64,000 bases of DNA from Bacteroidota bacterium (GTDB lineage: Bacteria > Bacteroidota > Bacteroidia > Bacteroidales > VadinHA17): positions 3,101 to 67,100 of the forward strand of contig QKGI01000074.1 in NCBI GenBank assembly GCA_003250475.1, written 5' to 3'. Below are positions 39,001 through 46,040 of the stretch, piece after piece. A program made the translations under genes and the position numbers. Within the stretch, counting starts at the first letter, position 1; the number at the start of each line of letters is the position of its first letter. The notes beneath the pieces are model-generated. The model was not told where the DNA came from. It ran no database searches and saw nothing but the letters and a program-made list of their open reading frames with translations.

Positions 39001-39344
39001 ATGACATCGCTACATTTACTGATGGCAAGTACCGGCTCGAAACAGTGGCAGGTGACAGGATGCCGCTGGGGACAAGTATCACGGGAACACGTGTTTTTAC
39101 AAGTCACGAGTGGAAACTGGAGCGTGATACATCATATTATATATTTACGGACGGTTACACCGACCAGTTCAATGGTGTTACCGGCAAGAAGTTCATGAAG
39201 AAGAACTTCAGGAAGCTGATACTGGATATTCAAAGGTACCCCATGAGAAAGCAAAAAGAGATTCTTGAAGAACGCCTCGGAAGCTGGATGGGTGCGTCAC
39301 CCCAGACAGATGATATAACGATTGTCGGGTTCAGGATTGACTAG
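36033..39344 (+). CDS. Membrane sensor: periplasmic beta-propeller + Y_Y_Y domain, TM, cytoplasmic SpoIIE/PP2C phosphatase
   Basis: Signal peptide, propeller repeats, YRCRL..FD.NW...YTNLPPGDYTF, PWY+TM, VSGDF, GDCTGHG, FTDGYTDQF, QTDDIT. Confidence 0.92.
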   Translation: MKKGLLLIGFLLVYSLTARSQINKTGTPLISWFDAADTPGDLCNLSITMDKRGVMFFGNETNGIVTYDGSSWDMISMNNPQKVISLATDTRGIVYVGGESDFGFLQPDLTGRLAFCSLAPKTPGQATPGGRSPVTSIASDSNKVYFADGRGLYIYDIRRDTVAFVDLANDYDLQNAGRLVIIDRRIIIADNIAGLFEYAEGKITPLPGGDQLRLTRFVRLLPYDSDNILIGTVDKGLVTFNLKAGTLNNRFLEQDDNSRLMKTTLTDVAILPGSMIAAGLADGGGVYIFSHDGRLLQHISDRTTPIRESSVTSMYCDYTSNSQLWFCTKGLINRAYVSLPASEFGNEAGIISVAGSFAEFRDSVYTGTDAGLYKNYADLSGVMRFRKLEHTGTRINALVTTNLPDGEVLLSATDDGLWQTDESGDMLFILKGVHLTAVSPDADSDLLVTGSDDGIIRTLEHSAGLWKVKNTCRGGEVTGYVKAIIRSDTGEWWIQTTSPSSVIRMNCEASDTTFTLYGRGRGIGCDTISNMIRIDNSLYLCTGKGLFRFNPDDDTFVRDHDLIGNTFDNIAVNNLIKTPEGDVFLSGFDTRNFNALVRTTRQGHIVFRRQFDFLPDVPTTGMAFIQGNIWIAKGRSIFVIDNTKLGFSYGAFSVFFTRIASGRKLLMDGSFYTLTAEGIRVQSACQPEDADMVLSHTDNNITFRWTTTSYVGEENTVYRCRLDPFDKNWSDWQDRTYSDYTNLPPGDYTFRLMAKTITGLDSEERTCSFSVKRPWYLSLPAVILYIAALSVILFVVISRFLRKIKKLNARLDNLLTRRSEAVERRDEEMVSLEHYSAILLEALQPSEKTLGGVFPNSFIMSKPQLGVSGDFRWMKCRPGNCTLAVGDCTGHGVSSALTILTILTLLDEKASGEETTGPSAMLSFLHERLAEIHDASSKPQPGHGGTDIAMLAIDRDQMSAEFAGAALQCYKVTEMSNADVVKWKNGEQDNDIATFTDGKYRLETVAGDRMPLGTSITGTRVFTSHEWKLERDTSYYIFTDGYTDQFNGVTGKKFMKKNFRKLILDIQRYPMRKQKEILEERLGSWMGASPQTDDITIVGFRID

Positions 39345-39347
39345 TTG

Positions 39348-39995
39348 TCACCGGACTGCTTTGAATTCGTCGCTCAACCGGTAGAAGATTCCTTTTTCAC
39401 TTCCTTCATACGAGATTATGCCACAGAGAACAAAATTACTCAGTATCTTCTCAGCCGTTCTTGAATTTATTCCTGCGAGACTACGGTAGCCTGCCAGTGT
39501 TATCTTTTCCCCGTCCCGAAGGTGATTTAACAGGGTGCTTTCTTTTTCCTCAAACCTCAGTAACAATCCCCGTGAACTGGCTCTGCGGCGCCATACCTGC
39601 ATTATCACCCGGTCAGCCATAAAGTTCTGATCATTTTGCCTGAAATATGCCTTCCATTTTCCATGTTCATCCTTCGCCTTAACAGGCATCCTGTCGCTTA
39701 CAGGCACCTTAACCTCCAGGATACTCTTCCCGTTAATATCATGGTTAGAGGTTTTGACGGTAACTTCCGGGTCACAATACAACCTTGCTGCCGCATCAAT
39801 CATGTAATACTCCTCATCAGACCTGACGCCTGCAAGGGACCCGTTATCCCTGACACCGATCAACAACTTGCCTCCGTCAGTATTTGAAAATGCCGATAGG
39901 GTCCTGGCTATTTTCCGGGGATCAGAGATACAATATTTGAAATCAAGATGCAATCCCTCACCGCCGGAGATCAGATTATGGATGTAGCGCCCCAT
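39348..39995 (-). CDS. Schlafen/AlbA_2-domain protein with C-terminal putative winged helix
   Basis: GEGLHLDFK, AFSNTDGGKLLIGVRDNG, AYFR; basic C-terminal helix-turn-helix-like segment. Confidence 0.88.
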   Translation of the reverse strand: MGRYIHNLISGGEGLHLDFKYCISDPRKIARTLSAFSNTDGGKLLIGVRDNGSLAGVRSDEEYYMIDAAARLYCDPEVTVKTSNHDINGKSILEVKVPVSDRMPVKAKDEHGKWKAYFRQNDQNFMADRVIMQVWRRRASSRGLLLRFEEKESTLLNHLRDGEKITLAGYRSLAGINSRTAEKILSNFVLCGIISYEGSEKGIFYRLSDEFKAVR

Positions 39996-40083
39996 GGTTG
40001 AACGAATAATTGCTGACTGGCAATACTGCTAAAATAAAATAAAATATTTGTATATTGGCTCGAATAGAATATGATGCAATGCT

Positions 40084-40827
40084 ATGAACAGACAGTATTT
40101 ATTAACATTTTTGTTAATTCTGATAATATCGTTTAACAAAACAGACGCCATGGCGCAAAAGAGCTTTGAAAAGGATACCTTCAAAACATCACAGGGACCT
40201 GCAGAGATATGGTTCCTCGGGCATGGAACCCTGATGATCTCTTTTGGAGGAGAAGTGATTCATATCGATCCATACACCGCAGTGGCAGATTATTCATTAC
40301 TGCCTTCCGCTGATGTGGTACTGGTAACACATCAGCATGGAGATCATCTTGATCTCAAAGCGATAGACAAGATAAAGAAAAAAGAGACCCGGTTTTTCTG
40401 TAATGCAATGTCGGCCAAGGATTTGCCGGGAGCAACAGTAATGAAGAGCGGTGATGTGCAGCTATCAGGGAAGATACGTATAGAGGCAGTGCCTGCATAT
40501 AACATACGGCACGAACGCTCTCCGGGAAACCCGTTTCATCCCAGGGGAGAAGGGAACGGGTATATACTGACGCTGGGAGACAAGAGGATATACATTGCCG
40601 GTGATACGGAGGATATCCCGGAGATGGCAGAGCTCAAGGATATTGATATTGCTTTCCTGCCAATGAACCTGCCTTACACCATGACACCGGAGATGGTGGC
40701 AGAAGCAGTGAAAATGTTCAACCCGGCAATACTCTATCCCTATCATTACGGACAGACGGACCCGGAGAAGCTGATACCACTTATAGACAGTAGCAAAACA
40801 GAGGTAAGAATAAGAAAATTACAATAA
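40084..40827 (+). CDS. Metallo-beta-lactamase-fold hydrolase (UlaG-like)
   Basis: FLGHG, HIDP, THQHGDHLD, YIAGDT, PYHY. Confidence 0.92.
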   Translation: MNRQYLLTFLLILIISFNKTDAMAQKSFEKDTFKTSQGPAEIWFLGHGTLMISFGGEVIHIDPYTAVADYSLLPSADVVLVTHQHGDHLDLKAIDKIKKKETRFFCNAMSAKDLPGATVMKSGDVQLSGKIRIEAVPAYNIRHERSPGNPFHPRGEGNGYILTLGDKRIYIAGDTEDIPEMAELKDIDIAFLPMNLPYTMTPEMVAEAVKMFNPAILYPYHYGQTDPEKLIPLIDSSKTEVRIRKLQ

Positions 40828-40845
40828 TCATTCAAGACAGAATTT

Positions 40846-42030
40846 ATGAAGAGGAGAACTTTTTTCAGGTCAGGGATTGCGAGTGCAGCAGGACTGACAT
40901 TATTAGGTGGCAAGTCATTTGCTGGTAAAGGCCTATTGGAAGAAAATGAGATCGTATATCGTACCCTGGGAAGGACAGGGCTGAAGCTGCCTGTTGTCAG
41001 TTTCGGCGTGATGCGGTCTGACAACAGTTCGCTGGTTGAGGCTGCCTACCATGCCGGCATCAAGATGTTTGATACGGCACATGTATACATGAATGGAAGG
41101 AATGAAGAAATGCTGGGCAACTTCTTCAGCTCGGTACCGAGGGAGTCGTTCATCATAGCGACAAAAGTCAAGCCGGCAGGTGCGGACCAGAATACAGGTA
41201 TTCCCACAAGGGAGACAACGGCAAAGGATTTCCTTAAGAACTTTGACCTGAGTCTGCAGCGGTTAAAGATGGATTATGTGGATATCCTCTATCTTCATAA
41301 TGTCATCAGTGCTGAAATGGTCAGACATAAGGAGATTGTCAATGCCATGCTGGATCTGAAGAAAAAGGGGAAGGTCAGGTTTATTGGTATCTCAACACAC
41401 AAGAACGAATCCCTCGTCATCAACACTATGGCAGAAGCCGGTATATGGGATGTGGTGCTCACATCATACAACTACAGGCAGACATATATTGATGACCTGA
41501 ACAATGCAATAAAAAAGGCAACCGAAGCAGGTATTGGTGTGGTAGCTATGAAGACCATGGCAGGCGGCTGGCTTGACAAGGAGAAAACAAAGCCTGTGAA
41601 TGCCGCTGCAGCACTGAAGTGGGTTATTTCAAACCCTGATATATGTACCACCATTCCCGGGATTTCGACCTTCGATCAACTGACTACGGATCTTGAAATA
41701 ATGAGTGATCCTGTACTGACAGAATCAGATAAGACTGATCTGATGGCTGAGGCATCACTCCCGGGTCTCTATTGCAATGCCTGCAGCAATTGCACCCCCG
41801 GATGCCCGAACAACCTTCCCATCCCGGAACTCATGCGTGCCTATATGTATGCATATGGTTACAGCAATCTTTCAATGGCCTCGGAGCTTCTGAGCGAAAC
41901 AGGTATAAAGTCAGACCCTTGTTCTGGATGTGAGACCTGTACCACAAATTGTGTCAGGGGCTTCAACCTGAAGGAAAAGATAGCAGATATCTCCAGGCTT
42001 GCAGATGTACCTTATGACCTTATTGCTTAA
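40846..42030 (+). CDS. Aldo/keto reductase with C-terminal Fe-S motif, Tat-exported
   Basis: KRRTFF, YRTLGRTG, FDTAHVY, IATK, SLQRLKMDYVD, CNACSNC...CP and CSGCETC...C. Confidence 0.92.
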   Translation: MKRRTFFRSGIASAAGLTLLGGKSFAGKGLLEENEIVYRTLGRTGLKLPVVSFGVMRSDNSSLVEAAYHAGIKMFDTAHVYMNGRNEEMLGNFFSSVPRESFIIATKVKPAGADQNTGIPTRETTAKDFLKNFDLSLQRLKMDYVDILYLHNVISAEMVRHKEIVNAMLDLKKKGKVRFIGISTHKNESLVINTMAEAGIWDVVLTSYNYRQTYIDDLNNAIKKATEAGIGVVAMKTMAGGWLDKEKTKPVNAAAALKWVISNPDICTTIPGISTFDQLTTDLEIMSDPVLTESDKTDLMAEASLPGLYCNACSNCTPGCPNNLPIPELMRAYMYAYGYSNLSMASELLSETGIKSDPCSGCETCTTNCVRGFNLKEKIADISRLADVPYDLIA

Positions 42031-42042
42031 AACCACCGCCAT

Positions 42043-42888
42043 ATGAATTTCAGGAAGTTCTTAATTGTTGCAGTCATGTTCTTAATCTCCCTGTCGGTGA
42101 TGAGCGGACAGCAGCTTTTCCCTGTTCTGAAGGGATACAAAGCCACCAGTGATTACCCTGTCTATACACCCGATGACCTGTGGGATTATATCAATGGTGC
42201 TGCTGATGGATATCTGGCTATGGGTTTCATCGACCTCAATATCACCGAATATGTAAAAGGCAGGGACAGGATAAAGGCCGAGATCTACAGGTTTGGAGAC
42301 GATACAAGAGCCTTCGGCATGTATTCCATGGAACGTTCCCCGGATTACAGGTTCATTCAAACAGGTGTACAGGGTTATAATGAGCCTGGTGCAGTCAACT
42401 TCTATAAAGGCTGCTACTATGTTAAGATAATGACTCACTCCAAATCATCCAGGGTGAATGACAGGATGCTTGAGCTTGCAGGTCTGATCTCATCACGTAT
42501 AGAGGGAAAGAATGAGTTCCCTTCCCTTCTTGGCATTTTTCCGCGGGAAGGATTGATTCAGAACCAGGAGACCTATGTGCTTGAGAGCGTCCTGGGTCAT
42601 GAGTTTCTCAGGGGTGCCTTCAGGTCTTCGTACGAGGTTGAAGGTGATCATTTCGATGTTTACCTTTTCAGCTGTAAAAGCAGTGATGAAGCCTCGGCCA
42701 TGGCCGGGAAGCTGGCAGGCGAAGCTTATACACCGGGTGATGATGTTTTCAAGTATGTTTTTAAGGACGGCTACAACGGCGTTCTCCATATGGCTCAACA
42801 GGGAGACAGACTGGTGGTAGTATCCGGACTTGATTATGACAGCACTCCGCTGGCAGAACGATATATTGACCTTATGCTTCGCCGGTGA
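42043..42888 (+). CDS. Exported hypothetical protein (DUF6599-like)
   Basis: Signal peptide; LWDYINGAADGY..GF; AFGMYS.ER. Confidence 0.78.
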   Translation: MNFRKFLIVAVMFLISLSVMSGQQLFPVLKGYKATSDYPVYTPDDLWDYINGAADGYLAMGFIDLNITEYVKGRDRIKAEIYRFGDDTRAFGMYSMERSPDYRFIQTGVQGYNEPGAVNFYKGCYYVKIMTHSKSSRVNDRMLELAGLISSRIEGKNEFPSLLGIFPREGLIQNQETYVLESVLGHEFLRGAFRSSYEVEGDHFDVYLFSCKSSDEASAMAGKLAGEAYTPGDDVFKYVFKDGYNGVLHMAQQGDRLVVVSGLDYDSTPLAERYIDLMLRR

Positions 42889-42907
42889 GGCGTCCGGGAC
42901 AGGAAAC

Positions 42908-42940
42908 AAAAAAGGTGTCTCTTTCGGGACACCTTTTTTT
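42908..42940. terminator. Bidirectional intrinsic terminator
   Basis: aaaaaaggtgtct-ctttcg-ggacaccttttttt between convergent genes. Confidence 0.88.
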
Positions 42941-42958
42941 ATAGTCGGTTAATACCAG

Positions 42959-43735
42959 TTACTTGAGCTGGAAGCTGATAGGTACACTGTACCACACGTT
43001 AACGGGTTTACCGCCCTGTTTTCCGGGTTTCCACAGCGGGAGCATCTTGATCACCCTGATGGCCTCCTCGTCAAGTGACGGGTCAACGCCCCTGACGATG
43101 GATACCTGGTCAACAGTGCCCTTGTAGGTCACGCAGAACCTGAGTATCACCTTACCCTGGATGTTGTTTTCCTTGGCCAGTTCGGGATACTTGATGTTAT
43201 CATAGATGAACCTGAAGAGCTCCGTATCCCCGCCAGGGAATGAAGGCATCTCTTCAACAACTACGAACACTTCCTGCGGAGCCTCTTCCTGGACCTCCTC
43301 CTTTACCTGTTCGATCACCTCAACAACCTCAGCGTCAACAACAGTCTCGGCCACGTCGTCTGCAGTCATGAACTGTGTTGCCTCCTCCGGCTTGACGGTG
43401 TCTACAACCACCGGGGCCACGTATTTGACCACGGTCTGCTGTTCTGCCGGCGGTGGCGGTGGTGGCGGTGGTGGCGGAGCGGCTTCCTCCTGCTGAATAT
43501 CGTTGGCCATCTCGGCGATAACCTCGTTGGCATCCCTTGCTTTGACAAGGGCAATATTCTTAGCCCTGATATAAGGTACAATTGCGGCCGTTAGAATTAT
43601 GACAATGCCTATAATTATTGATAAAGTCATTGTCTTGGCATATTTCCTGCGAATATCGTAGGCGCCATATTCCTTATTCCTGTTCTCGAAGACTATGTCA
43701 TCAAGACTAGGGTATCGTTTCTTTTCGTTTGCCAT
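42959..43735 (-). CDS. tonB: Energy transducer TonB
   Basis: DDIVFENRNKEYGAY, TM, poly-Pro linker, EEMPSFPGG, IKYPELA..NIQGKV, WKPGKQGGKPV. Start re-assigned to ATG 43735 to avoid overlap with exbD. Confidence 0.93.
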   Translation of the reverse strand: MANEKKRYPSLDDIVFENRNKEYGAYDIRRKYAKTMTLSIIIGIVIILTAAIVPYIRAKNIALVKARDANEVIAEMANDIQQEEAAPPPPPPPPPPAEQQTVVKYVAPVVVDTVKPEEATQFMTADDVAETVVDAEVVEVIEQVKEEVQEEAPQEVFVVVEEMPSFPGGDTELFRFIYDNIKYPELAKENNIQGKVILRFCVTYKGTVDQVSIVRGVDPSLDEEAIRVIKMLPLWKPGKQGGKPVNVWYSVPISFQLK

Positions 43736-43748
43736 ATCCTTGTCCCTT

Positions 43749-44420
43749 CTATTGTGCTGAACCTGAGGCCGTAGCTGCAGCTGCAGCTGCATCCCTGTTA
43801 AGGGCATCAACAACCAGCTTTTCCTCAATCCAGTCTATATCAGTAAATATATAACGGGCAATACCTACGATGGACATTTCATCAATGATATCGACGAAAT
43901 TCTTGTATTTTGACGTCTTGTAGGCTTTTATAAGAACGATCGGCCCAGTATCATCATCCTTTTTAAGCTGACTGATAGCGCTTCGCATGGAGTCCTGCTT
44001 GATATCGATCTTTCCCGAGATAACATCTTTCTCGAACTGGTCGATCTTACGGAACAGTGCTCTGTTTCTTTCCAGAAGAATCTGGCGTATTCCTTCTGCG
44101 CTGAAGTCAGTTTCCTGAAGAACTGTGACATCCGGGTCGGCTTTGCCGGGATACCAGAATACCTTGTCATCAGGACCAAGGATAATATTGAGAGTACGGC
44201 TGTCAGCAATCTTGGGAGGGTCTACTTTCTCATCCTTCTTTATCTTTTCAGGAAGAACGATTTCCATGACCTTCGGTTTGCTGAAAGCTGCTGTTAGCAT
44301 GAAGAACGTGATGAGGAGACTCATGAGGTCAACCATCGGCGTCATATCCACGCGGGCATCACCTTTTTTCGGTTTCTTCTTTCCGCCCTTGCTTTTTTCC
44401 TCTACTTGAATGTCTGCCAT
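43749..44420 (-). CDS. exbD: Biopolymer transporter ExbD
   Basis: VDMTPMVDL..LLITFFML with the conserved TM Asp. Confidence 0.92.
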   Translation of the reverse strand: MADIQVEEKSKGGKKKPKKGDARVDMTPMVDLMSLLITFFMLTAAFSKPKVMEIVLPEKIKKDEKVDPPKIADSRTLNIILGPDDKVFWYPGKADPDVTVLQETDFSAEGIRQILLERNRALFRKIDQFEKDVISGKIDIKQDSMRSAISQLKKDDDTGPIVLIKAYKTSKYKNFVDIIDEMSIVGIARYIFTDIDWIEEKLVVDALNRDAAAAAATASGSAQ

Positions 44421-44421
44421 C

Positions 44422-45060
44422 TTACTCAGTTATTTGTTCTTCGGTAATTTCAACTGCTCTCAGATTGGTGATCAGGTTAAACCTGTTCACGTTCTTGTCC
44501 TGCAGAATATCCAACACTTTTTTTACCACCGGAAATTCAACATCGGCATCGCCCTTGATCATGGTATTCACAGCAGGGTTAACCTGACGTGCGAACAGAA
44601 TCCATAACGCAAGCTGGTTGTCAGTGGAATCGATAGGAACGCCTGTTTCAAGGGCAGTTTTATCTTCAGAATTCTTGGCAGCAAGATAAGCTTTCATTTC
44701 CTGTATAGGAACACCAACGGATGTACCTGTCTTCTCAAACTTGCGAAGTTCATCCTCTGTAAACTCAATGTTGTATCTCTTACCCATCTCGGCAAGGATC
44801 TTAGGACGGAATTTGAGAATGGTATCCGGTCCGTTATCAACATTGAAGAATATCCGGTTGTCTTTCGCGATGAGAACGGTCATAACGTTGGCATCCATCA
44901 TCGGTTTCTCCGAAACAGAAAAAGGTGTATCAACAGGGGCCGACTCAGTAGGCCTGAATGTTGCTGTCAGGATGAAGAATGTGAGCAGCAACGTAAACAG
45001 GTCCACCATCGGCGTCATGTCGATTCGTGGCGATTTGGCTCCTAATTTAATCTTTGGCAT
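44422..45060 (-). CDS. exbD: Biopolymer transporter ExbD
   Basis: IDMTPMVDL..LLLTFFIL; IKGDAD; RFNLIT. Confidence 0.92.
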   Translation of the reverse strand: MPKIKLGAKSPRIDMTPMVDLFTLLLTFFILTATFRPTESAPVDTPFSVSEKPMMDANVMTVLIAKDNRIFFNVDNGPDTILKFRPKILAEMGKRYNIEFTEDELRKFEKTGTSVGVPIQEMKAYLAAKNSEDKTALETGVPIDSTDNQLALWILFARQVNPAVNTMIKGDADVEFPVVKKVLDILQDKNVNRFNLITNLRAVEITEEQITE

Positions 45061-45106
45061 CTTCTAATTCCTTTCTTTTATAGACCAAAAGAATAAATTC
45101 GGCAGA

Positions 45107-45922
45107 CTATTTTCTAATTGACGCGGCGAAGGTCTGTGTCAGACTGAAGCCAGCCTCATCAATTTTAAAGACATAACCGTCAATTCTTGATGAGAACATG
45201 TTAAAGAAGATAATAGCCAGGGTTGAACCTGTAATACCGAATGCAGTATTAACAAGAGCCTCGGAAATACCGGTTGAGAGGGCGAGAGCATCAGGAGCAC
45301 CTGACTGGGCAAGGGCTGCAAATGCACGGATCATCCCGATAACCGTTCCGATAAGACCTATAAGCACTGAGATGGATGCAATGGTTGAAAGCATGACCAT
45401 ATTCCTTGAGAGGGTCGGCAGCTCGAGTGCTGTTGCCTCTTCCAGAGCCTGTTTCATTGAGGTGATCTTCTGGTCTTTTTCAAGTTCTGTGTCATGTTCA
45501 AGAGCGCGGTAGCGTGAGAGACCGGCTTTTACAACGTTAGCAAGTGAACCCTTCTGCTTGTCGCATGCAACGATTGCATCTTCAATTCTGTCTTCTGTAA
45601 GCATGTGCTGAAGATTTGCAACAAATACATTGAGTCTTGCTTTCCCTTTTACTCTTGTGAGAGTAATCCATCTTTCAACCGTGAAGATGAGGAGGGTAAT
45701 AACGATAGTTATAAGTACAGGCACTATAACACCTCCCTTGTACATAAGTCCAAGAAGGTTACCCTGCAGTGGATGACCTTTGGGATTGCCACCTTCAAAG
45801 TTTACCGGATTACCCAGTACTCTGGTGAAAATAAGATAAGCAACAATAAATGCCAGAATAATTGATAGAGGTGCAAAAAGCGACTGCCATACACCGCTGG
45901 ACGACTTGGATTTTTTACTCAT
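45107..45922 (-). CDS. exbB: MotA/TolQ/ExbB proton channel
   Basis: GLIGTVIGMIRAF, GISEALVNTAFGI. Start re-assigned to ATG 45922; TATTTTTG -7 element at 45961-45968 (minus). Confidence 0.93.
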   Translation of the reverse strand: MSKKSKSSSGVWQSLFAPLSIILAFIVAYLIFTRVLGNPVNFEGGNPKGHPLQGNLLGLMYKGGVIVPVLITIVITLLIFTVERWITLTRVKGKARLNVFVANLQHMLTEDRIEDAIVACDKQKGSLANVVKAGLSRYRALEHDTELEKDQKITSMKQALEEATALELPTLSRNMVMLSTIASISVLIGLIGTVIGMIRAFAALAQSGAPDALALSTGISEALVNTAFGITGSTLAIIFFNMFSSRIDGYVFKIDEAGFSLTQTFAASIRK

Positions 45923-46040
45923 TTTAGTATTCTTTTTAGTTGGTTTAAGTAAACAGTTTGCAAAAATAATTATTCTCAAATTCTTTTACAATAGTCACAG
46001 TTAATTAGATGCAACTTTAAGCTTATATGTTTTACACGTT

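Noticed and set aside
43447-43478. GGTGGC/GGT microsatellite
   Set aside because: It simply encodes the TonB poly-proline linker
43736-43828. N-terminal extension of TonB in the ORF track (likewise 45923-45979 for ExbB and 35909-35962 for C25)
   Set aside because: The extensions overlap the neighbouring gene or promoter elements; downstream ATGs give normal N-termini
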